NCBI GenBank assembly: GCA_029856145.1
Contig: JAHQWK010000001.1
Location: forward strand, 576,001 to 640,000
Direction: 5' to 3'
Length of the DNA stretch: 64,000 nucleotides
From: Promethearchaeia archaeon
GTDB taxonomy: Archaea; Asgardarchaeota; Lokiarchaeia; Sigyniarchaeales; SOKP01
The notes below the pieces were generated by a model. The model searched no databases and was not told where the DNA came from. It worked only from the letters and a program-made list of their open reading frames with translations. A program made the position numbers and the translations under genes. Every line of letters starts with the position of its first letter. The first letter of the stretch is position 1. This document shows, piece by piece, positions 30,514 to 39,351 of this stretch.

Positions 30514-32187
30514 TTAAATATATATGGAAAATAAAAATCCTAAAGCTAGAAAAATCAAACTTAGGACAAATAAAATCTTATTAATTAAATTAAAAATTGG
30601 ATATTCCTCTTGGATTTCTCTTGGGCTTGTAGCCATTGTGTAACCACTAAATGACATTATTGAAAAGAATGTAATCCAAAAATAAAAGCATAATTGCCAG
30701 AGAGTATAAAATATGGAGTTATGGATCAAATAAGACAATCCTCCCAAGAAAATTATATTAATTATCCCAAAAAAAATACCTTTAAAAATAAATCTCCTAG
30801 TGAATCTTGAAATTGGGAATAACAGCGCAATAATAAAATTTGATATAATTATCCAAAGCGATAGCTCACCAATCCACCATAACTTGTTAAACCAAGTTAG
30901 GATCGAGAATAGTAGAACTAATCCAATTAGAGGTAGGATAAATATTTTTCGAAATAAAAATGATGTATGAGTTATTCCCCCACGAATTCGATGGAATAAT
31001 GTAAATTTAGCTAATTTCATTCGGTCAGGTTTTTGAGCAGGATTTTCATCAAGAAATTGAGGTATAGATTTTGACCAAACTGGTCCGTATTTAACTCTAA
31101 AAGGGAATTTTTCTGAATTCTTCGGAAGTTGAGGTATAGCTACACCTCCAGCTGAAAGTTGTGGCAGTAATAATGTTTTTTTTTGAGTTATATTTTTTAT
31201 CCCTGTTGCTTCTATTGCCTCAAGAAGTTGCATATTTCCAAAATCATTACCACGAGCGGCACACCATACATTTATGCCGTTTGAATCAATACACAATACC
31301 CACGCATCAAGTCCTTTAAGATCACGCATCACCTTAATATAAGTAAATTCATAATTAGCGGTGACAATTATAGGCGATTTTTCATTAGGATTTCCAGATT
31401 GATAAATCCCGGGTTCGATAGGAACACGATCAACTTGTCCAGTGAAAATACAACGATAAATTCTTAATTGAGATCGAAGTCCCTTAAATCTCTTTATTTC
31501 GGGCCTATAATACCCCGGTTCATTAGTTCCCTTATCATTAATTTTTTGTAGTTCTATCGCTTGGATTGATCCATGCTTCCATTTTATCTGAGTATTGATT
31601 TTAAAACCGATTGGGTCTAAATATTTAAGAAACCACTTAACAAGATAAGTACTTTTTAAACGTAAACGTCTTAATTTCTTTTTATACCGCCATCTTTTAA
31701 ACTTAAACAGTAACTTCCAAAATCCAGAGGGAAAAAATTCAGCGGCTAAAATTAAACGACCATTTGGTTTCAATGATTTCCATACGTTTCTAAGAAATAA
31801 TTGCTGTTCTAAAGGACGAAGTTCAGATAACATAAATTTACTTACTACAATATCTTGAGAACCGTCTGGTGTTGGTAAATCGGTAAATGAACCTGTTTGA
31901 TATAATAGTTTTCCACCAGATAAATCCGTTGGATAATTCTTCATAGCATAATCAATCATTTGAAAGTTTCTGTCAATTGCAATTACATTATTCCCTTTTT
32001 GCACCATTTTTGAAGCAAGCAAGCCTGTACCGCATCCAATTTCTAATATAGATTCGGAACTATTAATTCGATTTATAATCCAGTTCTGAACTTCAATATT
32101 TACTCCTTTTGTTAAGGCAGTAAATTTAGAATCGTAAGTTTCTGGCTCTTCTTCTAGTTTTCGCATATAAACGACGGCCATAAGCAA
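30514..32187 (-). CDS. hgcA: Fusion of a class I SAM methyltransferase and an HgcA-like corrinoid membrane protein
   Basis: N-terminal LEIGCGTG; then EPGIY..GNP...SPIIVTANY, GINVWCAARGNDFG cap helix, LPQLSAGGV, YGPV and about 5 TM helices; ATG at 32181 is an alternative start. Confidence 0.78.
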   Translation of the reverse strand: MLMAVVYMRKLEEEPETYDSKFTALTKGVNIEVQNWIINRINSSESILEIGCGTGLLASKMVQKGNNVIAIDRNFQMIDYAMKNYPTDLSGGKLLYQTGSFTDLPTPDGSQDIVVSKFMLSELRPLEQQLFLRNVWKSLKPNGRLILAAEFFPSGFWKLLFKFKRWRYKKKLRRLRLKSTYLVKWFLKYLDPIGFKINTQIKWKHGSIQAIELQKINDKGTNEPGYYRPEIKRFKGLRSQLRIYRCIFTGQVDRVPIEPGIYQSGNPNEKSPIIVTANYEFTYIKVMRDLKGLDAWVLCIDSNGINVWCAARGNDFGNMQLLEAIEATGIKNITQKKTLLLPQLSAGGVAIPQLPKNSEKFPFRVKYGPVWSKSIPQFLDENPAQKPDRMKLAKFTLFHRIRGGITHTSFLFRKIFILPLIGLVLLFSILTWFNKLWWIGELSLWIIISNFIIALLFPISRFTRRFIFKGIFFGIINIIFLGGLSYLIHNSIFYTLWQLCFYFWITFFSIMSFSGYTMATSPREIQEEYPIFNLINKILFVLSLIFLALGFLFSIYI

Positions 32188-32249
32188 ACACTCTATTATT
32201 AATACATTAATTTTTATTTTAAAACACTTGAAATATTAAAGAGATCAAT

Positions 32250-32819
32250 TTATTTTTGTAGTAGTTTTGCTGTTTTTAGAATATTGAATCCAAGAATTTC
32301 TGCTTGTTTTAACCGGTTTTCTTGGTTTAAAATATCACCTGGCTTGTCAGCAACAGCTTTTACCCCATGTAATTCACCAGGAACACATATAATTCCACAT
32401 GAGAGCATCCATGCATGAATGGCATTAATTGTTATTGCTTGACCTCCCGATGTTCCATTACCAACCGCGATAGCTCCTCCTACTTTCCCTTCTAAAGGTT
32501 TTTTGACCTTTACCGCATAATGTCTATCAAGTAAGGAGAGTAATTGAGCACTAACATTTAGGTAATAAACAGGACTTGAGATTATAATTGCATTACACCA
32601 TCGAAACGCATCATAAATCTCTTGCATATCGTCATTAATAATACAAGTACCAGTTTCCCTACATGAGTCGCAGGCATTACAAGGTTTAATTTCTAATTCG
32701 CTTAAAAGGAAAATTTTAACATTCCATGCATTATTTTCAAAAGGTTTTAGAGCATATCTTAGGAGGAGTTCACTATTCCCTTTCTTCCTAGGAGTCCCTG
32801 ATATACCAATAACATTCAT
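32250..32819 (-). CDS. Iron-sulfur flavoprotein / NADPH-dependent FMN reductase (flavodoxin-like)
   Basis: GTPRKKGNS, CNACDSC....C, SPVY. Confidence 0.85.
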   Translation of the reverse strand: MNVIGISGTPRKKGNSELLLRYALKPFENNAWNVKIFLLSELEIKPCNACDSCRETGTCIINDDMQEIYDAFRWCNAIIISSPVYYLNVSAQLLSLLDRHYAVKVKKPLEGKVGGAIAVGNGTSGGQAITINAIHAWMLSCGIICVPGELHGVKAVADKPGDILNQENRLKQAEILGFNILKTAKLLQK

Positions 32820-32902
32820 TCTTTTTCACACTTAATAATAACTTTATTATTATAATCCTCTTTAGCGCCTTCGGAACAACAACTTTGATCTTTATCTCCC
32901 AT
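32816..32902 (-). CDS. 28-aa Cys-containing upstream mini-ORF (MGDKDQSCCSEGAKEDYNNKVIIKCEKE)
   Basis: ATG at 32902; its TGA overlaps the ATG of the flavoprotein gene (ATGA). Confidence 0.4.
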   Translation of the reverse strand: MGDKDQSCCSEGAKEDYNNKVIIKCEKE

Positions 32903-32969
32903 TTTTTATTGCCTCTTTAATTCATTTTTAAATTTTATTTTTAAGCTATTGAAGTACTAATAGAATGTA

Positions 32970-32993
32970 TCACATAAAAATATTTCGATGTGA
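32970..32993. promoter_or_regulatory. Imperfect 24-bp palindrome, candidate ArsR/SmtB operator
   Basis: TCACATAAAAATATTTCGATGTGA, 10 of 12 positions pair; lies between the divergent arsR-like gene and the hgc-like operon. Confidence 0.55.
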
Positions 32994-33077
32994 ATTTAGA
33001 TTTATAAATATGAATAAAATTTTTATAATTTCATTCCTTCTATTATAGTAACAATACAAAAATACAATGATATTTAG

Positions 33078-33470
33078 ATGAAAGTAGAAAGAAAGAAAGA
33101 AATTAAAGACACATTATGTGGATGCAATGATTGTTCTAATGGTGATACATACTTCGAACGCCTACAACAAATTGGAAAAGCTCTAAAATTTGATCAAAAA
33201 TTAAATTCGCTGTCAACATTTTTTAATGCTTTAGGAAACAAGGAACGTTTAACTATACTGACAGCATTAAAGAATAAAGAACGTTGTGTATGTGAACTAG
33301 AAGCGATCTTAGATAAATCTCAACCTTCAATTTCTCACCACCTTCGAGAACTAGAAAAAGTGGGCTTGATTCGAGGGTGGAAAAAAGGGAAATATACCTA
33401 CTATACCTTATTAAAAAAAGAATTTGAAATGTATTTGGCAAATTTTAATCAAGAATTTAGTTTTGAATAA
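33078..33470 (+). CDS. arsR: ArsR/SmtB family metalloregulator
   Basis: F.AL....RL.IL, CVCEL metal box, SQPSISHHL..L; extra N-terminal CGCNDC. Confidence 0.88.
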   Translation: MKVERKKEIKDTLCGCNDCSNGDTYFERLQQIGKALKFDQKLNSLSTFFNALGNKERLTILTALKNKERCVCELEAILDKSQPSISHHLRELEKVGLIRGWKKGKYTYYTLLKKEFEMYLANFNQEFSFE

Positions 33471-33525
33471 ATGAAAAAACAGAAAGAATTCTTTTAAATG
33501 CAACAAAGAAAAAGAAGAATTAAGA

Positions 33526-34182
33526 TTAAATAGATTCTGAATGCTTCTTTAGCATATCTGCGTTTGTTTTACCCATTCTTACTGCTAGCTCAGCTATAAT
33601 TGAATCAAGATATACAAATGCCGCAATTTCAAATTGGGTTCCCTCAGTAGTTAAGATTGCGGTATCATCTTGAGGATCAGTACGATCTCGTTTTGTTCGC
33701 CCCTTTAATTTAATAGTAACATCAGCAATCCTTCCAATAATTGATTCTGTATGAGATGTTATTGACACAATTGCATATGGTTTTACAGTATTAACATAAT
33801 TCTCTAATAATGATACTACAATCTTGGTAGTTCCCGATCCTGAGAGTACAATCAATATATCATTTTTAGTAACTGCCGGTATTGAAGCTAAATTGGTCAC
33901 CATATATACCTCTGTTCCAAGATGGACTAAACGTGTGGAAAAGGCTTGAAGTATAAATGCACTCCTCCCAGAAGCGAGTAAAAAAAACTTTCGCTTGTTT
34001 ATAATACCATCATAAACTAACTCAATGAATTTTTGAGTAAATTTAAAATGTTTATCCTTCTTGAGATGTTCAACATTTTCATCAAGATTTTTCATAAGTA
34101 TCTCCATAGCACGAAAAAGGGTTTCTTTCGCTCTACCATTTACTTCAATCTGGTTTTGTTCCATGTTAGTTTTATCAACCAT
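33526..34182 (-). CDS. hxlB: SIS-domain 6-phospho-3-hexuloisomerase-like protein
   Basis: GRS....AF..RL.HLG, SGSGTT, GTQFE. Confidence 0.7.
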   Translation of the reverse strand: MVDKTNMEQNQIEVNGRAKETLFRAMEILMKNLDENVEHLKKDKHFKFTQKFIELVYDGIINKRKFFLLASGRSAFILQAFSTRLVHLGTEVYMVTNLASIPAVTKNDILIVLSGSGTTKIVVSLLENYVNTVKPYAIVSITSHTESIIGRIADVTIKLKGRTKRDRTDPQDDTAILTTEGTQFEIAAFVYLDSIIAELAVRMGKTNADMLKKHSESI

Positions 34183-34345
34183 AATTATTTTCGATGTTTT
34201 TAATCCAATATTATATATAAAGAAGGATATAAAAAATACATTTTGGTTAATATTATTTTAAATTTTAGATATTAAAATACCTTGTATTAAGAGATTGATT
34301 AAGAAATTTGATATTTGCTAATAATGAAAGAATTAAATATCCTAT

Positions 34346-34437
34346 AAAATATTATTAATTGTGCCCATTTATAGTGTCTTTATGAGATTAATTATTAATT
34401 CGATGATTATTGATCTCCAAATGGGCACACATATTTT
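34346..34437. other. Long intergenic stem-loop; candidate ncRNA or structured 3' UTR
   Basis: TGTGCCCATTT (34360-34370) pairs with AAATGGGCACA (34419-34429); inner GAGATTAAT/ATTGATCTC; outer AAAATAT/ATATTTT. Confidence 0.45.
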
Positions 34438-34462
34438 AGAATGAAATTCTGACAAATACTAA

Positions 34463-35332
34463 CTAGATTAAAAGAGCTCCAATTGCAGCACAAAATTCAG
34501 AGTTTTTTAAGAAAATTGCTTTTTTATTTTTTACTTTACATAATAGAGATAAGACTTTCTTTAAAATCCTATTTTCTTTTAAAAATCCACCACAAAACAC
34601 GATATCTGTTACATCATTATTAGCTGCTATAACAGTAGCAATTGTACCTAAATTCTCACCAATCATGCAAATTATAGAATTAATAAAATCTTCTTTCTTT
34701 AAAGACTCATTCTTAAATTTCATGTCAATCTTGCCTAATGAAGCTGCTGTGAATTCTCTAAAAAGTAGATCCACTCTATTATCTTCGAGTGAGTATATAT
34801 CTGAGACTTTTAAATCGACTTTATATCGATTTCCCTTTTTAGCTAAATTTATTGCTTCTTGGAAATCATTTAAATTGAATAATAATTTTATTATACCCAT
34901 AAAAAAACCTCCCCCGAGAGCTGAGCCTCCCAAATGTTCAATGTGATCACTTTTTAATACAATCGATGTCCCTGTTCCTATAGTTACTACTATTGACCTT
35001 GAAAGATCTTTCTTTTTTTCCAGACTATAGAGAAATTCGATGCCTTTAACATTCGCATCGAATTCGTTTATTAAATTTGCCGTAAAATTTTTGGAATATT
35101 CTTTATATAAATCAAAGCTCTTTCCCCCTGTAAAACTGAAAATATTGAATTGACCTTTCTTTAATTTTAAAAATTCCTCGATTGTGGCAATACTAGTTTG
35201 TGTTGGAAAAGAAGTTAAAATTAATTCTTTCCCTTCTAAATATGCAAATTTCGAAAGAGTTTGTCCTATATCGATCCCTAGCTTATCTGAGGGAATTTTA
35301 ATAATATTATCGCTTAGATTAATTTTTAACAT
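34463..35332 (-). CDS. coaW: Type II pantothenate kinase (CoaW/fumble family)
   Basis: GIDIGQTLSK, TGG, NEFDA, GTGTS, GGSALGGG, DLKVSDIY, AASLGK. Confidence 0.8.
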   Translation of the reverse strand: MLKINLSDNIIKIPSDKLGIDIGQTLSKFAYLEGKELILTSFPTQTSIATIEEFLKLKKGQFNIFSFTGGKSFDLYKEYSKNFTANLINEFDANVKGIEFLYSLEKKKDLSRSIVVTIGTGTSIVLKSDHIEHLGGSALGGGFFMGIIKLLFNLNDFQEAINLAKKGNRYKVDLKVSDIYSLEDNRVDLLFREFTAASLGKIDMKFKNESLKKEDFINSIICMIGENLGTIATVIAANNDVTDIVFCGGFLKENRILKKVLSLLCKVKNKKAIFLKNSEFCAAIGALLI

Positions 35333-35393
35333 CCTACCTATTACTTAACTTAAAATTCAATTCTTTCATTATTTTATATTATTAATTTAATAA

Positions 35394-36881
35394 ATGAATT
35401 GCTTAACTACATTCTTTATGTTAGTCCAATCAAAATCAAAGAAAACTGAAGTTGTGATAAGTAAAGGTAATACTCCAAAAGAAAGTTTATTAAAAGGAAT
35501 TGAACAACTTGGAGGGATTTCTAAATTTATTAGTAAAGATGATAACATTTTTATTAAGTTTAATTTAAACCTACCAGGAGGTTTCCCCACAAACACAAAT
35601 TTTGATGTGCTAGAAACACTTATCACCTCTTGTAAACAAGCAGGAGCTGATAATATTTATTTAGGCAGTTTTCCGATTAGGGGAATTCCAATTAAGATTA
35701 TTTCAGATTTATTAAACCTAAAGGAGCATTTTGAAACTCTTGGAGCAGAATTGGTATTTCTAGATAATAGTGATATTTTTGAGAATAAGGATATTAGCCA
35801 AGATCAATTAAAGAAAATTAAGTATGAATCGCTTACTCCAGTGGAAATGAATGGTAATGAGTTTTTTATCCCAGCCATAATTCTTAATTCAAATAAATTC
35901 ATATCTGTTAATCAACTTAACGTAAACCCATTATTCAAGTTAAACCTATCTTTATTAAACTTATATTCAATCGTTCCTCCGAGATATCGAGTAATTGGAA
36001 AAAATGTAAAAGAGAATATTTCTCATAATCAATATAAGAAAGATTTAATATCGAATATTTTAGATATTTATGCAATTAAACAACCTAATTTAATTATTAA
36101 TGATATATTTTACATCTTAGAAGGTGCTGGTCCTTATATATATAAAGATTCTAAAATAAAAACGACTAATTTAATGATTATCGGAGATGACGCAATTGCG
36201 GTTGATGTGGTTACATTAAACACATTAAATCTTGAAATTAACAGTAGTGAGTTAATATTACAAGCAAATAATAGAAATATTGATGTTCCCAAATTTTCTA
36301 ATATCAAAATTTTAGGAGAAAAAGTTGAAGATACTAGGACTCATGTTGAATTATGTGTTTCAGAGCTTGAAGATATTAAAGTAAGGAATTTTACCATTAG
36401 TTCAGGTAAAATTTGTTCCGGATGCTTTAAACAAGCTTACCATTTATTAAATTTCATGAAAACATATATGGGAAAAGATCTAAAATATAATGTCAATAAT
36501 TCCTTTTTAATTGGTGAAAAACCACCAGAGCCAAATCAAGCAAATAATTTTTTCCTTTTTGGAGATTGTGCCATAAATAATACAAAAAATTACAAATTTA
36601 GGAAAATTATTATAGAATCTAAAAAAGATCTCATAGGAGGAGCAAAAAGTAAGATTTTAAAGGAATCTAAATCCAAAAAGAAAACAAAAATTAAGGAGAA
36701 GCAAAATAAAAATATTTTAGATTTACCTGGTTGTCCTCCTAATATTTTTAATTGCTTGGAATTAATATTGAAATATTTTGGTAAGAAAGAGGTACCTAAT
36801 CTAAACCTATTTGCAAATATTAACAGATTTTGGATTACTGGGAACTTAAATAATAAATTAAAACTCTGGGAGGCGCTCTAG
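35394..36881 (+). CDS. DUF362-domain Fe-S protein
   Basis: LGGISKFI, EGAGP, DAIAVD, CSGC, GDCA, PGCPP. Confidence 0.7.
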   Translation: MNCLTTFFMLVQSKSKKTEVVISKGNTPKESLLKGIEQLGGISKFISKDDNIFIKFNLNLPGGFPTNTNFDVLETLITSCKQAGADNIYLGSFPIRGIPIKIISDLLNLKEHFETLGAELVFLDNSDIFENKDISQDQLKKIKYESLTPVEMNGNEFFIPAIILNSNKFISVNQLNVNPLFKLNLSLLNLYSIVPPRYRVIGKNVKENISHNQYKKDLISNILDIYAIKQPNLIINDIFYILEGAGPYIYKDSKIKTTNLMIIGDDAIAVDVVTLNTLNLEINSSELILQANNRNIDVPKFSNIKILGEKVEDTRTHVELCVSELEDIKVRNFTISSGKICSGCFKQAYHLLNFMKTYMGKDLKYNVNNSFLIGEKPPEPNQANNFFLFGDCAINNTKNYKFRKIIIESKKDLIGGAKSKILKESKSKKKTKIKEKQNKNILDLPGCPPNIFNCLELILKYFGKKEVPNLNLFANINRFWITGNLNNKLKLWEAL

Positions 36882-36885
36882 TTAA

Positions 36886-38466
36886 TTGATCAATAAAAAA
36901 TTCAAGGATAATTGGTTAAAGATACTAAAGTTCAATGCAAATAGAGATATATTGGAAGATCCTGAGAAAGTAAAGGAATATTTTAGAATACCATTTAGCC
37001 CAATATCTATAAATGCTAATCTCTTGTATCAATTTTTTGAGCTTTTATATCCAAAATTTATAAATGACCAACAGAATATTCTTGATATAATAATATCAGA
37101 TGATGATAAAAAGAATAAGGTTCAAAATTTATTTCTATATAAAACTAAGAAAGCGGGTATTCATGAGACTGTAGAATCCCTCCCTAATAATATAATTCGA
37201 ATTAAAAGTCTAGAAATTGAAAACTTGGATGAAGTATTTGATAAAGTGCAAAAAACTATAATAAAAGAAAAAAGTGTCCGAATATCATCAATTCGTTTTT
37301 TTAGAAAAGAAGCTATTGATCTAATAAATAAACATTGTGAAGGGATAGAAGAAATCTCAATATATGAGTTTTTAGAGCGCTCTATGGGTTTAGTTCAAAA
37401 AATTATTAATCAAGATTTAGTTTTAATTTATCCTGAACCTATGGTTATTAAATTTCTTAGAAATAGTTTAGTATTGTTAGATAAAATCCAACTCCAAAAC
37501 TTATTTAAAATCATAGAAGAAATTTTCCCTGAATTCAATCTTTCTTTACTAATAAATGGAAGTGGTATAAAAGTAATAGTTCATTTGCAGAAACAGTTAT
37601 CTAAGTTTGGAAAATCTAATTTGGCAATAAATTTCTTAACTCCAGATGAGTTAGGCATTAACCTAAATAATTCAAACATAAAGGATAATTTAAATTTAAT
37701 TCAAAAGAAATTAAAAACTGAAAATACATATTATATAAATCAAAATGATATTATCTCTTTTGTTTCAGATTCTTTCGAGCTCTCAGTTCCATTAAAAAAA
37801 GATAACGTACTATTTTTACTTCAAAAAGCTTTATTTGGTTATCGAAGTTTTGAGAATCACTGGGATATGGTTCCACGTCCTAAAATTTACAAAACATTAA
37901 TTAGATTTATAATTCGACTATTTGGGTTTAATTTAAATCTTAAAAAACTCTCACATTGGGCAATTCCCGATTTAATTTTTAATTACATTGATTTTTACAT
38001 AGGACTAAATTCTAGAGTCTTATTTATTATTACTGATCAAGAAAAAAACAAGAATGGGAAAACATCTCGAAATAATATTTTTAAGAACTCATGTAATAAC
38101 ATTTTTCTATTAAAATTTGAAGAAAGTACATTAAAAAATATAACAACAATTGATAAAGAAGAGCTTTTTTCAGGTACATATAACTCAATATATTCAATTA
38201 AAGAAAAAGTAGCAGAAAAATTTGGCTATACTTCCGCTGTTATTGTTTTTGATAAATTTCTGCTTCAGAATATCATTAAATATTTTATTTTCAGCCATTC
38301 GAAATTTTCTTTTTTCCCTCGATTTAAAACATTGAAGATGTTGAAGAACGAGAAGTTTTTTAGGATACATCCGGAATTTTCATTTTATACATTAATTAAA
38401 AAGAGGAGAACAACAGCTCTAATAAAATTATTATTACCAATATTAATTGATAAACATGAATTTTAA
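36886..38466 (+). CDS. Hypothetical protein
   Basis: 526-aa ORF in operon-like spacing with the DUF362 gene. Confidence 0.7.
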   Translation: MINKKFKDNWLKILKFNANRDILEDPEKVKEYFRIPFSPISINANLLYQFFELLYPKFINDQQNILDIIISDDDKKNKVQNLFLYKTKKAGIHETVESLPNNIIRIKSLEIENLDEVFDKVQKTIIKEKSVRISSIRFFRKEAIDLINKHCEGIEEISIYEFLERSMGLVQKIINQDLVLIYPEPMVIKFLRNSLVLLDKIQLQNLFKIIEEIFPEFNLSLLINGSGIKVIVHLQKQLSKFGKSNLAINFLTPDELGINLNNSNIKDNLNLIQKKLKTENTYYINQNDIISFVSDSFELSVPLKKDNVLFLLQKALFGYRSFENHWDMVPRPKIYKTLIRFIIRLFGFNLNLKKLSHWAIPDLIFNYIDFYIGLNSRVLFIITDQEKNKNGKTSRNNIFKNSCNNIFLLKFEESTLKNITTIDKEELFSGTYNSIYSIKEKVAEKFGYTSAVIVFDKFLLQNIIKYFIFSHSKFSFFPRFKTLKMLKNEKFFRIHPEFSFYTLIKKRRTTALIKLLLPILIDKHEF

Positions 38467-38491
38467 CGTTATCATTTATTTTATAAATCCT

Positions 38492-38572
38492 TTAGTTACT
38501 CAATAATTCAGCATTTAAAATAGCACTAACTATCCCTGTAGCACCTAAAATCCCTACTTTAAACTTTGTCAT
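38492..38572 (-). pseudogene. asd: Internally deleted aspartate-semialdehyde dehydrogenase remnant
   Basis: MTKFKVGILGATGIV (Asd N-terminus) joined directly to SAILNAELL (Asd C-terminus). Confidence 0.65.
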
Positions 38573-38775
38573 CAGAAAACCTATAGAAATTAATTTTCAA
38601 TATTTTAAAAGAAAAAAAATACTTTTTACTCTATAATCAATTAAGGGCTATATTATATATTCTCAAAAATCTATTTTTGTTAACTTTTTATTTTTAAAAA
38701 TCTTTAAGTAAATAGAAATCAAGAACATATTTGAGATATAAAATTATTATTAACTATAATTATTATGTGATACTT

Positions 38776-39306
38776 ATGCCAGGACCATTTGATGAACTAG
38801 AAAAAGAAGCAGAATTCTTAGAAAAACGATCAAAAGAAGAATTTAATCAGAAAAATTTTACATCAACGATTTCTTTACTTGAGGAAGCGAAAGAGATTTA
38901 TTCGAAATTAGGATATAACGGCAAGATTGGAATGATTAAAAAACGTATATTCCAGGTAAAAAATTTAGTTAAATTTGAGAAACAGGATACAATCGTAAAA
39001 ACTAAAGGTGAATTTGAATTTCGGCAACGTGTTGATAAAGTTTTGGGAGAAAAAGAAAGATACGCTGATAAAAAACTGGCAGAACAGAAAACTTTGTCCA
39101 CAGATATGAAGAATAAGCTTGAAAAGATCAATTTACTCCTAGAAAAGGCAGAAAAAGAAGAAAAATTAGGAAAATATCCAAGAGTGATAGGAAGATATGA
39201 ATATCTTTTAGAATTATATAAATCAATACCCAAAGAAATAGTAAATTTTTCTAAAGAAATTTATGAAATTGAAAAGAAAATTGCGATGTTTCGTGAAAAA
39301 TTGTAA
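38776..39306 (+). CDS. Helical (TPR/MIT-like) hypothetical protein
   Basis: Helical charged ORF; ATG at 38776 preferred over the TTG at 38731. Confidence 0.6.
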   Translation: MPGPFDELEKEAEFLEKRSKEEFNQKNFTSTISLLEEAKEIYSKLGYNGKIGMIKKRIFQVKNLVKFEKQDTIVKTKGEFEFRQRVDKVLGEKERYADKKLAEQKTLSTDMKNKLEKINLLLEKAEKEEKLGKYPRVIGRYEYLLELYKSIPKEIVNFSKEIYEIEKKIAMFREKL

Positions 39307-39351
39307 ATTTGCTAATTCTTTTTATTAAAAAAAAAAAGTTTATGAATTTTT

